64,000 nucleotides of DNA. Source: an uncultured Alphaproteobacteria bacterium. Its GTDB lineage: Bacteria; Pseudomonadota; Alphaproteobacteria; Kiloniellales; DSM-21159. Under the pieces are notes generated by a model that saw only the letters and a program-made list of their open reading frames with translations, was not told the origin of the DNA and did not search any database. The position numbers and the translations under genes were made by a program. The stretch covers positions 70,419 to 134,418 of the forward strand of contig CALNZX010000005.1 of NCBI GenBank assembly GCA_942491105.1, written 5' to 3'. Shown one piece after another: positions 42,619-52,199 of the stretch (positions are counted from its first letter, which is position 1; every line of letters begins with the position of its first letter).

Positions 42619-43377
42619 TTGTTGCCAATCTGGGACCAGCTTCTGTTTCTCGGCATCGTCGCCTTGGGGTGCTACACCCAGGCGGTCACGGGCTTTGCGC
42701 TGGGTTTGATCGTCGTCGCCCTGGCCGCGCTGTTCAACATCATGTCGATCGAGCTCGCGTCGATCGTGGTTACCATCATCACCCTGTCGAACGCCGGCCT
42801 CGCACTCGTGCGCAGCGGCTGCCAGGTCCGCTGGAGCCGGGTTGTGCCGGTGATCGTGGCCTCGGCGCCGGCGATCTATGGCGGCCTGCTGCTGCTCGGC
42901 CAGATGAGCGCCGAAAGCAAGGGGCTGCTGCGTCTTCTACTCGGCGTGACGATCGTCGGCAGCAGCCTGCTGCTCGTCTTGAATCCCAGGCCGCGGGCGC
43001 AGGAATCGAGCCGTGCGTCCTTCGCGTTCCTGGGCGGGGTCGCGGGTATCCTGGGCGGCTTGTTCGCGGCTTTCGGGCCGCCCCTGATTTTCCACTTCTA
43101 TCGCCAACCGCTCAAGCTGGCGATGATCCGCGATACTCTGTTGATGATTTTCCTGCTGATGTCGATCGAGCGGATCGGGTTTCTGCTGGTCGAGAACGCG
43201 ATGCCCCTCGATGCGCTGATTCAGGCCGGACTCGCCCTGCCGGTGACCCTTGCGTTCACCTTTCTCGGCGGCAAGCTGCCGCCGCCGCTCAGCGAGATCG
43301 CGATGCGCCGCGCCGCCTTCGCTTTGCTGATGCTCGCCGGGGTCGGCGTGATGCTGCCGGTTCTGCTGGCCTCGTAA
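42619..43377 (+). CDS. TauE/SafE (DUF81) family anion/sulfite exporter
   Basis: 252 aa with a TTG start after GGGGGA. There are 7-8 TM segments, and the N-terminal YTQAVTGFALGLI is typical of the family. Confidence 0.8.
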   Translation: MLPIWDQLLFLGIVALGCYTQAVTGFALGLIVVALAALFNIMSIELASIVVTIITLSNAGLALVRSGCQVRWSRVVPVIVASAPAIYGGLLLLGQMSAESKGLLRLLLGVTIVGSSLLLVLNPRPRAQESSRASFAFLGGVAGILGGLFAAFGPPLIFHFYRQPLKLAMIRDTLLMIFLLMSIERIGFLLVENAMPLDALIQAGLALPVTLAFTFLGGKLPPPLSEIAMRRAAFALLMLAGVGVMLPVLLAS

Positions 43378-43381
43378 GGCG

Positions 43382-43774
43382 TCAGGCGCCGCCGCTGTCT
43401 TCCGCGGTTTTCCGCTTCTCCAGCTCCTCGGCCAGGATCGGCAAGGCGAGGTTGCAGGAATGGATGCCCATCACCGTCGTTAGCTGGATCGTCTCCAGGA
43501 TCTCCTCGGCGCTCGCCCCCGCCTTGAGAGCGTTCTGGATGTGCCTGCGGACCCCGGGCGCATAGAGGTGGGTGGTCGCGGCGTTGATCGCGATCAGGAT
43601 CAGCTCCTTGGTCTTGCCGGGCAGCGGTCCCTTGCGCTGCGGCACGCTGCGGAACGCGAGATAGGCCTCCAGGAACTCGGGATCGAAGCTGCGGAACTGC
43701 TCCCAGACCGGGTTCCAGTCGCCCTTGGCGATATGCGCCTCGGTGTGCGGATAGCTGGTTTCTTGTTCGCTCAT
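43382..43774 (-). CDS. Carboxymuconolactone decarboxylase (AhpD-like) family protein
   Basis: 130 aa. KTKELILIAINAATTHLYAPGVRRHIQNALKAGASAEEILETI is typical of the CMD domain. Confidence 0.8.
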   Translation of the reverse strand: MSEQETSYPHTEAHIAKGDWNPVWEQFRSFDPEFLEAYLAFRSVPQRKGPLPGKTKELILIAINAATTHLYAPGVRRHIQNALKAGASAEEILETIQLTTVMGIHSCNLALPILAEELEKRKTAEDSGGA

Positions 43775-43810
43775 ATCGCTCTATTCCTCCGATTGCCCGC
43801 GCCGGGGTGT

Positions 43811-45439
43811 TTACCGCGCCGCCGCGTCTTCAAGCACGAGATCGGCGCCGCGCTCCCCGACCATGATCGCCGGCGCGTTGGTGTTCGACGAGGGGATGGT
43901 GGGAAAGACCGAGGCGTCGATCACGCGCAGTCCCTGCAGGCCGTGGACTCGCAGGCGGTCGTCGACCACGGCTTGCCCCGCCTGTCCAATCCGGCAGGTG
44001 CCGACGGTGTGCCAGGCGGTCTGGCCCGTATTCTTGGCGTAGTCGATCAGCGCGGCGTCGTCTTCCGCTTGGCCAAGGCCGGGTTGATGCTCCTGCGTGA
44101 TCACGGCGCTGAATTCCGGCTGCTCGGCAACGCTGCGGATCAGTTTGAGAATGCGCAGGGCGGTCGCGATATCCTCGGGATCGTCGAAGTAGTTCGGTTC
44201 GATGCGCGGCAGCTGCTGGGCGTCGGGCGACGCGATGTGGACGCTGCCCCGGGATTTCGGACGCAGCTTGAAACCACCGACGGAAAAGCCTGAAAAGGAG
44301 TCGATGCCGCCCAGCTTGCTGCGCGAGTAGCGGTCCTTGCCGCTGATCTGATAGAGGCGGATCATCACGTCGGCGCGGGACTCGCCGCTGTGCGAGCGTG
44401 TGATGGCGTGGGCCGTCGAGGAGGTGCCCGCGAACATCCCCTTGCGCGTCAGCATGTACCGCAAAGCCGCTGAGAACCTGACCAGGGGATTGCAGACGAT
44501 GTCGTTGATCGTCCGCGCGGCATCGGTCTGATAGGTGCGGCGAACCTGCAGGTGGTCGCTCATGTGTTCGCCGACATGGCGGTTGTCGGTCACGACGGGG
44601 ATACCGAAGCTCTTGAGCCGCTCCGCGTCGCCGACGCCGGAGAGTTCAAGAAGATGCGGCGACATGATCGCGCCGCCGCACAGCAGCACCTCGCCGCGCG
44701 CCTTGGCTTGGCGTTCTTGGCCATTCTGAATATAGGCGACGCCGCAGGCGCGCGTGCCTTCGAACAGTATGGCCGAGGCCTGCGCGTGGGTCTGGATATG
44801 CAGGTTCGGGCGCTTCCTGGCGGGCCGGAGATAAGCCTTGGCCGTCGACCAGCGGCGGCCATCGGCCGCCGTTTGCTCCAGATAGCGCACCCCCTCGTAG
44901 CTGACGACGTTGTAATCCGGAGTTTCCGGAATACCGGCTTCGCGGCAGCCGGCGATGAAGGCTTCCGATAGGATGTCGGGGTCGCGGCGCTTGAGATCGG
45001 TGATTCTCACCGGCCCGGACCTGCCGCGCCGCGGGTCCTCGGCGCTGGGATTGGATTCCATGCGCTGGAAATAGGGCAGCAGCTCGGCGAAGGACCAGCC
45101 CTTCACCCCGGCCTGCGCCCAGGAGTCGTACTCCTCGGGCTCGCCCCAGAGATAGGCCATGCCGTTGACCGCGCTCGATCCGCCCAGCACCTTGCCGCGG
45201 GGCGAGTAGATTCGCTGCCCGGCCATGTGCCGCTGCGGCTCCGAGGCATAGGGCCAGACATAGCGCTCATTGGTCAGCAGCTTGCCCACGCCCAGCGGGA
45301 TGTGGAACCAGATGTTGCGGTCCTTGCCGCCGGCCTCGAGCAACAGGACGCGATGCTTGCAGCTCTCGCTCAGCCGCGCCGCCAGGGCGGAACCGGCGGA
45401 GCCGGCGCCAACCACAATGAAGTCATAGCTATCGGTCAT
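43811..45439 (-). CDS. GMC family FAD oxidoreductase (choline dehydrogenase-like)
   Basis: ORF 43811..45625. Start set at ATG 45439 (MTDSYDFIVVGAGSAGSALAARLSE). GMC signatures run throughout the protein. Confidence 0.85.
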   Translation of the reverse strand: MTDSYDFIVVGAGSAGSALAARLSESCKHRVLLLEAGGKDRNIWFHIPLGVGKLLTNERYVWPYASEPQRHMAGQRIYSPRGKVLGGSSAVNGMAYLWGEPEEYDSWAQAGVKGWSFAELLPYFQRMESNPSAEDPRRGRSGPVRITDLKRRDPDILSEAFIAGCREAGIPETPDYNVVSYEGVRYLEQTAADGRRWSTAKAYLRPARKRPNLHIQTHAQASAILFEGTRACGVAYIQNGQERQAKARGEVLLCGGAIMSPHLLELSGVGDAERLKSFGIPVVTDNRHVGEHMSDHLQVRRTYQTDAARTINDIVCNPLVRFSAALRYMLTRKGMFAGTSSTAHAITRSHSGESRADVMIRLYQISGKDRYSRSKLGGIDSFSGFSVGGFKLRPKSRGSVHIASPDAQQLPRIEPNYFDDPEDIATALRILKLIRSVAEQPEFSAVITQEHQPGLGQAEDDAALIDYAKNTGQTAWHTVGTCRIGQAGQAVVDDRLRVHGLQGLRVIDASVFPTIPSSNTNAPAIMVGERGADLVLEDAAAR

Positions 45440-45446
45440 CGCGGTC

Positions 45447-47147
45447 TCAGGCCTTCGGCCCGGCACGATGGACGAAGGAATCGCGGCGGAAGCTATAGAG
45501 CGCGGCCGGGTCGACCTGAACGTCGACCACCGCCGGCTTGCCGCAGGCCAAGGCCGCCTCGACGGCGCCGGCGACATCGGCGGCGCGTTCGGCGCGGAAA
45601 CCCGCCGCGCCATAGAGTTCGGCAATCTTATCGAAGGGCGGGTTGTGAATGTCGGCGCCGATGTAGCGCTCGCCGAAGAAGTCGCGCTGGTAGGCTTTCT
45701 CGGCGCCCCAGCAGCCGTTGTTCATGACGATGGTCACGGTCTGGATATCGTGCTGCACGGCGGTGCTGAGCTCGGTCAGCGTCATGCCGAAGCCGCCGTC
45801 GCCCATCAGGCTGACCACCGGCCGCTCCGGCCGCGCCAGCTTGATCCCCAGGCCGCAGGCGAAGGAGAAGCCGACCAGGCCGAAGTCGAGCGGCGTGAAC
45901 AGGCTTGGGCTTTGCCAATAGTTCAGGGCGTCGGTCGCCTGCAGGCAGAGAGTCCCCGCATCCATCGTGATCGCCGCATCCTTGGGCAACACGTCGCGCA
46001 GGGTCTTGAACAGGCCCGAAGGCTGCAAGGGGTCGGTCATCACCGCGTCGGCGTCGCGCTTGGCGAGATAGGCCTCGCGCTCCTCGATGCAGTCTTGCGT
46101 CCAAGCTTCGACCTTGGCGCGGCCCTCGGCGTTCTCCAGCGCGTCGCAGAGCTGCGTGGCGACGCTTGCGGCGTCGGCCCAGATGCCGAGCTTGATCGGG
46201 AAGTAGCGGCCGATGGCCGTCGGCTCCATCTCGACATGGATGATCGCCGCGTCGCGGTTGATGTTGTCGTAGGAATAGAAGGTCGAGTTGAAGCCAAGCC
46301 GCGTGCCCAGGGCGAGAATGACATCGGCTTCCTTGACCAGACGCGAGGCGACCGGGTTGCCGCGCGGTCCCATCTGTCCGGCGTTCAGCGGATGGCCGAA
46401 GGGAATGGCGTCGCCATGACCCGGCGCCGTGGCGATCGGCACGTTAAGCCGCTCCGCCAGCCGGATGACGGCGTCATGACCGCCGGTGTACTTGATGCCG
46501 CCGCCGGTGACGATGACCGGGCGCTCGGCCGCGCTCAACAGGGCGGCGGCTTTGGCGATGTCCTCGCTGGAGGCTGCCGGAACGGACTGCAGGCGATAGT
46601 GTTCGGGAGCCGGCTGCTCGTCGAAGGCCGCGCGGCCGGAGAGTACGTCGCGCGGCAGGTTGACGTGCACCGGTCCGCGCCGTGGGCTCAGGGCGACGCG
46701 GAAAGCCTCGCGCAGGATTTCCGGGACGCGCTCCGTGCTGGGGACGGTCCAGGTCTTCTTGGCGATCGGTGTGAACAGAGCCTGCTGGTCGACTTCCTGA
46801 AAGGCGTCGCGATAGACATGCGCGGAGGAGAGGGCGCCGGCAATCGAGACCACGGGCGAGTAAGCCGCCTTGGCCTGTGCCAGACCGGTTACCAGATTGG
46901 TCGCGCCGGGGCCGTTCTGCCCGGCGAGGATGACGCCGGGGCCGCCGCTGGCCCGGGCATAGCCATCGGCCATGTGGGTGCCGGTACGCTCGTCGCGTAC
47001 GCCGACCATGGTGATGTCGCGCGCATCGTAGAGCGCGTCGAACATCTCCATGGTGGCCGATCCGATCAGCCCGAAGACGTGCTCTACCTTTTCGTTCTGC
47101 AGTGCCGCGACGGCCGCCTGCCCACCTGTCCGCGTATCCATGCCCAT
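45447..47147 (-). CDS. Thiamine-diphosphate-dependent enzyme (acetolactate synthase large subunit-like)
   Basis: 566 aa with GPGATNLVTG and the TPP motif MGDGGFGMTLTELSTAVQHDIQTVTIVMNNGCWG. There is a 7-nt gap to the downstream GMC gene. Confidence 0.85.
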   Translation of the reverse strand: MGMDTRTGGQAAVAALQNEKVEHVFGLIGSATMEMFDALYDARDITMVGVRDERTGTHMADGYARASGGPGVILAGQNGPGATNLVTGLAQAKAAYSPVVSIAGALSSAHVYRDAFQEVDQQALFTPIAKKTWTVPSTERVPEILREAFRVALSPRRGPVHVNLPRDVLSGRAAFDEQPAPEHYRLQSVPAASSEDIAKAAALLSAAERPVIVTGGGIKYTGGHDAVIRLAERLNVPIATAPGHGDAIPFGHPLNAGQMGPRGNPVASRLVKEADVILALGTRLGFNSTFYSYDNINRDAAIIHVEMEPTAIGRYFPIKLGIWADAASVATQLCDALENAEGRAKVEAWTQDCIEEREAYLAKRDADAVMTDPLQPSGLFKTLRDVLPKDAAITMDAGTLCLQATDALNYWQSPSLFTPLDFGLVGFSFACGLGIKLARPERPVVSLMGDGGFGMTLTELSTAVQHDIQTVTIVMNNGCWGAEKAYQRDFFGERYIGADIHNPPFDKIAELYGAAGFRAERAADVAGAVEAALACGKPAVVDVQVDPAALYSFRRDSFVHRAGPKA

Positions 47148-47208
47148 TCCTTCCTTCTCAAGACTGCGTTCCGGCGCTTTCTGGCCGGAGCGGAGGCGAG
47201 CCTACTAG

Positions 47209-47244
47209 ATCATCAACAAGATTGCCAACAATCATGTTGATGAT
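47209..47244. promoter_or_regulatory. Inverted repeat ATCATCAAC-N18-GTTGATGAT in the TPP-enzyme/GntR divergent region
   Basis: The 9-bp arms are perfect (47209-47217 and 47236-47244). It lies about 100 nt upstream of the GntR start at 47340. Confidence 0.4.
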
Positions 47245-47339
47245 TTAAGAAGAAGGGGTGCGGCAGCCTTTGCAGCTGCGCGACGCAGCGGGTATTCAGA
47301 GAACGCAGGCTGCAGCTTGGAACAGGGAGTGGGATCGAG

Positions 47340-48059
47340 ATGAAGGCCCCAGCCGAGAGGGCGGACCGCGCCGCCGAGGGAGAGGCCGCGCCGACGGAGC
47401 GCCGCAAGCGCGGCGACGGCGCTTCGGTCGAAGCGGTGATGGATGTGCTACGCGCGCGGATCTCCCGTCATGACCTGCAGCCCGGTCAGCGCATACAGGA
47501 AATCCAGGTAGCCGAGGAGTTCGGCGTTTCCCGCTCCCGCGTGCGGGACGTGCTCGCCATGCTGGAACAGCGCGGGCTGATCGAGCGGATTCCCAATCGC
47601 GGCGCGGTGGTCGCCCGGCTCGAGGCCAAGGAGGTCTACGACATTTTCGATATCCGCGAGGTCCTGGAGGGCCTGGCGGTACGGCTCGCGACCCGCAACG
47701 CGCCCAAGGGCCTTTGGGACGATCTCATCGAGACGCTCGGCCCGGCGATGGCGGAGAAGATCGCGGCCGGCGACATCGAGAGCTATCTGGAGGCGCTGGA
47801 CGCCCTGCGCGACCGCACCCTGCAGTGGGCGGATAGCGCTCATACTTCCAACTTTCTGAACCTGGTTCTGGACAAGGCGCGGGTCATCGCGCGGCGCGTC
47901 ACCCTGCTGCCTGGCCGCGCCGAGGAGGGCCGGGCGCTGCATCACCGGATGTTGCTGCACATGGCCGCTGGCGAAGCGGCGGAGGCCGAGCGCTGTAAGC
48001 GGGAGATCGTCCAGAGCGCCCGGGCCTGCCTGGAGCGCTATCAGAGTCTGGTCTTTTAG
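47340..48059 (+). CDS. GntR family transcriptional regulator, FadR/FCD subfamily
   Basis: 239 aa. HTH: IQEIQVAEEFGVSRSRVRDVLAMLEQRGLIERIPNRGAVV. An alternative start at 47439 is possible. Confidence 0.8.
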   Translation: MKAPAERADRAAEGEAAPTERRKRGDGASVEAVMDVLRARISRHDLQPGQRIQEIQVAEEFGVSRSRVRDVLAMLEQRGLIERIPNRGAVVARLEAKEVYDIFDIREVLEGLAVRLATRNAPKGLWDDLIETLGPAMAEKIAAGDIESYLEALDALRDRTLQWADSAHTSNFLNLVLDKARVIARRVTLLPGRAEEGRALHHRMLLHMAAGEAAEAERCKREIVQSARACLERYQSLVF

Positions 48060-48096
48060 CCGCGCGCGGAGCGCGAAACGAGAAAACGGGGAGAGC

Positions 48097-48906
48097 ATGG
48101 AAGAACTTTGGGAGGTCTACGCGCTCAAGTACGCCGAGCGGCGCGACCGCACGCGCGTGGAGAGCTTCCTTTTCGAGGACGATCACGCCAGTCCCCACGA
48201 CATGGACTATTTCGTCTGGCTGCTGCGGAATGGCAGCCGAAGCATTCTGGTCGATACGGGCTTCGACGAACGCGAGGCGCGGCGGCGCAATCGTCCGATC
48301 CAGCGCGATTCCGCGGCCGCCGTGGCGGCACTCGGGATCGATCCGGAATCGATCGGCGAGGTGGTTCTGACCCATCTGCATTACGACCACGCCGGCGGGC
48401 TGGCGCGGTTCCCCAACGCTGTCTTCCACCTGCAGGCCAGCGAGATGGCTTTCGCGAGCGGTCCCTGCATGTGCCACGCGCCGCTGCGCATGGCCTATGC
48501 CGCAGATGACATCTGCGACGTGGTGCAGCGGGTCTATTCCGGCCGGGTGGTGTTCCACGAGGGGGACGCCGAGATCGCGCCGGGTGTCACCCTGCACCTG
48601 ATCGGCGGCCACACCCGCGGCCTGCAGGCGGTGCGGGTCAAGACCGCGGCGGGCTGGCTCTGCCTCGCCTCGGACGCCGCGCACTACTATGAGAACTTCC
48701 AGGAGCGGAAGGTCTTCCCGCTGGTGGTCGATATGGAGGACATGCTGTCCGGCTTTACGCGGATTCAACGGCTGGCCTCGGCGCCAAGCCTGGTGGTGCC
48801 CGGTCACGACCCTCTCGTTGGCAGCCTTTTCCCGCAGGCCGAGGGGGCGCCCGACTTCGCGCGGCGCCTGGACCTGGGGCCGCTGCGGGACCCCGCGGGC
48901 GGCTAG
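48097..48906 (+). CDS. MBL-fold metallo-hydrolase (N-acyl-homoserine-lactonase-like)
   Basis: 269 aa with the metal motif THLHYDHAGG and later His/Asp positions (GGHTRG, SDAAHY, PGHD). Confidence 0.8.
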   Translation: MEELWEVYALKYAERRDRTRVESFLFEDDHASPHDMDYFVWLLRNGSRSILVDTGFDEREARRRNRPIQRDSAAAVAALGIDPESIGEVVLTHLHYDHAGGLARFPNAVFHLQASEMAFASGPCMCHAPLRMAYAADDICDVVQRVYSGRVVFHEGDAEIAPGVTLHLIGGHTRGLQAVRVKTAAGWLCLASDAAHYYENFQERKVFPLVVDMEDMLSGFTRIQRLASAPSLVVPGHDPLVGSLFPQAEGAPDFARRLDLGPLRDPAGG

Positions 48907-49103
48907 GCGGGGCGTCGCGCAGGGCGGTCTTGCGCGGGCATTCCGCCTTGCCCAGAAAACCTCCCTTACCTAAACTGACTGGACAATCAGACGGCAGGCT
49001 ATTCGGGCCCGTCCCGGATCGCTATCTGCCACGCGGCAGCCCTGAAATTTGGCTCTGAAACGCCCCCGCGGGGCGAAGCCGAGCGCCCAAACGGAGAAAC
49101 CGA

Positions 49104-50075
49104 ATGAGAATCGTTAATCTGGAAGTCGGGGGCGCGACGCGTCTCGGATTCGTCGATGGTGAGAACGTCGTTGTACCGGCGCTGATCGACGCTGCCGCGC
49201 TGGGGGATGCCGCCGCCTGCTTCACCGATACGGTCGCATTGATCCGCGCTGGGGCGGAAGGAATGGCCGCCGCCAAGCGATGGATCGCCGAGGCGCCGGA
49301 AAGCGCCCGGCTGCCGCTTGCCGGGGCGGCGCTGAAAGCGCCGATGCTGCCGAGCACGATCCTGTGCAGCGGCAGCAACTACACCGATCATAACGCGGAA
49401 AAGGCCAACACGCCGATCAGCGGCAAGGAACCGGAATTCTTCATCAAGACCTCCGACTGCGTGGTCGGACCCGACGCCCCGATTCTTCACGAATCGCGGC
49501 TGACCAAGAAGCTCGACTGCGAGACCGAGCTGGCCATCGTCATCGGCAAGCCCGGCCGGCACATCCCTCTCGAGAAGGCGCTCGATCATGTCTTCGGCTA
49601 CACCATCGTCAACGACGTCACCGCCCGGGACCTGCAGGTCCGCACCAAGGGCGATCTGACCTGGTACGAAACCGGCCGGGGCAAATCCTTCGAGAGCTCG
49701 GCCCCCATGGGCCCCGCCATCGTTACCGCCGACGAAATCCCGGATCCCCAGGCGCTGAAGCTGCAGACCCGGATCAACGGCGATCTGCGGCAGTCCAGCA
49801 CCACGGCCAACATGATCTGGTCCTGCGCCCAGCTGGTGCACTTTTTCTCGGTCAGCTTCACCCTGAAGCCCGGCATGATGATCATCACCGGCACGCCGGC
49901 GGGCACGGCCTGGTCGACGGATCCCGAGCTGGGCGGCAAGTGGCAGAGCGTGCCTGGCCTCGTGCCGGCGACGCGCTATTGCCTTCCGGGCGACAAGATC
50001 GAAAGCGAGATCGAAAAGATCGGCGTTCTGCGCAACGAGGTGGTGGACGCGGCGCGCTTCACGGCGGCGGGATAA
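49104..50075 (+). CDS. Fumarylacetoacetate hydrolase (FAH) family protein
   Basis: 323 aa with LDCETELAIVIG, GKSFESSAPMGP and IITGTPAGT. A GGAGAAA RBS is present. Confidence 0.85.
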   Translation: MRIVNLEVGGATRLGFVDGENVVVPALIDAAALGDAAACFTDTVALIRAGAEGMAAAKRWIAEAPESARLPLAGAALKAPMLPSTILCSGSNYTDHNAEKANTPISGKEPEFFIKTSDCVVGPDAPILHESRLTKKLDCETELAIVIGKPGRHIPLEKALDHVFGYTIVNDVTARDLQVRTKGDLTWYETGRGKSFESSAPMGPAIVTADEIPDPQALKLQTRINGDLRQSSTTANMIWSCAQLVHFFSVSFTLKPGMMIITGTPAGTAWSTDPELGGKWQSVPGLVPATRYCLPGDKIESEIEKIGVLRNEVVDAARFTAAG

Positions 50076-50115
50076 GCGCCGCCGCGAAGCGTCTTTTAGC
50101 GGCTGAGAGAAAAGC

Positions 50116-51321
50116 TCAGACGCGTTCGATCACCGTCGCGATCCCCTGACCGACGCCGATGCACATGGTGCAGAGGGCGTAGCGGCCCTGGCGGCGCTCC
50201 AATTCGTAGAGTGCCGTCGCCAGCAGCCGCGCGCCGGACATGCCGAGCGGATGGCCCAGCGCGATACCGCCGCCGTTGGGGTTCACCTGCTCGGCGTCGT
50301 CGGGCAGGCCGAGCCGGCGCAGCACGGCAAGTGCCTGGCTGGCAAAGGCTTCGTTGAGCTCGATCACGTCCATGTCGGCGATGGTGAGGCCGAGACGCTG
50401 CAGCAGTTTCTCGCTGGCCGGAGCCGGGCCGATGCCCATGATGCGGGGTTCGACCCCGGCGGTCGCCATGCCCAGGATGCGCGCCCGGGGCGTCAGTCCA
50501 TGGGCCTTGGCGGCGTCTTCGCTGGCGATCAGCGTGGCAGCGGCGCCGTCGTTGACACCCGAGGCATTGCCGGCTGTCACCGTCCCGCCTTCGCGGAAGG
50601 GGGTGGGCAGCTTGGCCAGCTTCTCCAAGGTGGTGCCGGCGCGCGGATGTTCGTCGTCGCTAACGACGATGGGGTCGCCTTTGCGTTGCGGGATCTCGAC
50701 CGGGACGATCTCCTCGGCCAGCCGTCCGGCGGCGATTGCCGCGGCGGCGCGCTGCTGACTCCTCACGGCGAAGGCATCCTGGTCTTCGCGGCTGACCTGG
50801 AAGTCCTCGGCGACGTTCTCGCCGGTTTCCGGCATCGAATCCACGCCGTACTGGCGCTTCATCAGCTTGTTCACGAAGCGCCAGCCGATGGTCGTGTCAT
50901 AGATCTCGGCCTTGCGCGAGAAGGCGCTGTCCGCCTTGCCCATGACAAAGGGCGCGCGGGACATGCTTTCGCCGCCGCCAGCGAGGTAGAGGCTGCCTTC
51001 ACCCGCCTTGATCGCGCGCGCCGCGGTGCCGATGGCGTCCATGCCGGATCCGCAGAGCCTGTTGATCGTCGCGCCGGGAACCTCGGCGGGCAGACCGGCC
51101 AGCAGCGTTGCCATGCGCGCGACGTTGCGGTTGTCCTCGCCCGCCTGGTTCGCGCAGCCAAAGATCGCGTCGTCGACGGCGGCCCAGTCGACCTTGGCGT
51201 TGCGGGCCATCAGCGCCTTGATGGGCAGGGCACAGAGATCGTCGGCGCGCAGGGAGGACAGCGCGCCGCCGTAGCGGCCGATGGGGGTTCGAATAGCATC
51301 GCAAAGGTAGGCTTCCACCAT
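50116..51321 (-). CDS. Acetyl-CoA C-acyltransferase (thiolase; 3-oxoadipyl-CoA thiolase PcaF/PaaJ-like)
   Basis: 401 aa with an N-terminal [16 protein letters not shown], the active-site cysteine context [10 protein letters not shown], and C-terminal [14 protein letters not shown] and CIGVGQG. Confidence 0.9.
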   Translation of the reverse strand: MVEAYLCDAIRTPIGRYGGALSSLRADDLCALPIKALMARNAKVDWAAVDDAIFGCANQAGEDNRNVARMATLLAGLPAEVPGATINRLCGSGMDAIGTAARAIKAGEGSLYLAGGGESMSRAPFVMGKADSAFSRKAEIYDTTIGWRFVNKLMKRQYGVDSMPETGENVAEDFQVSREDQDAFAVRSQQRAAAAIAAGRLAEEIVPVEIPQRKGDPIVVSDDEHPRAGTTLEKLAKLPTPFREGGTVTAGNASGVNDGAAATLIASEDAAKAHGLTPRARILGMATAGVEPRIMGIGPAPASEKLLQRLGLTIADMDVIELNEAFASQALAVLRRLGLPDDAEQVNPNGGGIALGHPLGMSGARLLATALYELERRQGRYALCTMCIGVGQGIATVIERV

Positions 51322-51389
51322 GGTGTCTTACTTTCCTCGATTGACTGCGGGATAGAGGCCGGGCGGCGGCGACTCCGCCCGGCTGTACG

Positions 51390-52199
51390 CTAGAAGGGCG
51401 AACGCTTGCCGAAATTCGGCGGGCGCTTTTCCTTCAGGGAAGCGATGCCCTCTTGGACATCGGGCCCGGAAAAGCCCATGAACTCCAAGGCCAAGGAGCT
51501 GTCGAAGGTCGGCCCCGCCATGCGCAGCCAGTTGTTCAGCGCGTACTTGGTCCAGCGCACCGCCGTCGGCGAGGCCTGGCAGAAACGCCTGGCGATCTCA
51601 TAGGCCTTGTCCTCCAGGGCATCGTCCTCGACGCAAAGCGACACCAGCCCGATGCGCTCGGCCTCTTCGCCGGACAGCGGCTCGCAGAGCAGCAGGTGAT
51701 ACTTCGCCTTGGCCATGCCCACCAGCAGCGGCCAGACGATCGCGGCATGATCGCCGGCGGCCACGCCGAGACGCGTATGACCGTCGATGATCTTGGCGGT
51801 CTTGGTGGCGATCGAAACATCGGCCAGCAGCCCGGCGACGAGCCCGGCGCCGACCGCGGGGCCATGCATCGCCGAGACGATCGGCGTGGAGCAGTTGACG
51901 AGGTTGTAGACGAGGTCGCGGGCTTCGCGCCAAACCCGCGAGCGGACGTCGAAATCGGCCGCCATCTCGGCGACCAGATCGAGGTCCCCGCCGGCCGAGA
52001 AACCCTTGCCGGCGCCCTTGATGACCGCGCAGTTGACGTCGGGGTCGGCATCCAGAACCCGCCAGATCTCGGCCAGCTCCCGGTGCATGCCGGCGTCGGC
52101 GGCGTTCAGCCGGCCGGCCTTGTTCATGACAATGGTGAGGATGCCGTCCTCCGGCCCCTCGATGACGAGATTCTCAAAGTCTTGATATCGGTTGCTCAT
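51390..52199 (-). CDS. Enoyl-CoA hydratase/isomerase (crotonase) family protein
   Basis: 269 aa with the crotonase-fold motifs [10 protein letters not shown] and [12 protein letters not shown]. Confidence 0.85.
   Translation of the reverse strand: MSNRYQDFENLVIEGPEDGILTIVMNKAGRLNAADAGMHRELAEIWRVLDADPDVNCAVIKGAGKGFSAGGDLDLVAEMAADFDVRSRVWREARDLVYNLVNCSTPIVSAMHGPAVGAGLVAGLLADVSIATKTAKIIDGHTRLGVAAGDHAAIVWPLLVGMAKAKYHLLLCEPLSGEEAERIGLVSLCVEDDALEDKAYEIARRFCQASPTAVRWTKYALNNWLRMAGPTFDSSLALEFMGFSGPDVQEGIASLKEKRPPNFGKRSPF

Noticed and set aside
41536-47147. The idea that YeiH, TauE, the TPP enzyme and GMC form an organosulfonate (sulfoacetaldehyde acetyltransferase Xsc / sulfite export) locus.
   Set aside because: The TPP enzyme shows only generic acetolactate-synthase-like motifs. 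No Pta, sulfite dehydrogenase or taurine/isethionate genes are present, the genes lie on opposite strands, and TauE/YeiH families are functionally broad.
45468-47240. Very long ORFs antisense to, or out of frame with, clear genes. Examples are 45468..47240 (+, 590 aa), 16388..17611 (-), 6061..7395 (-), 8376..9341 (+), 26301..27950 (-), 60339..61796 (+) and 38808..40100 (-).
   Set aside because: Their translations are Arg/Ala/Gly/Pro-rich and low in complexity. They carry no recognisable motifs and fully overlap ORFs with strong family signatures. Stop-poor alternative frames are expected in DNA of about 65% GC.
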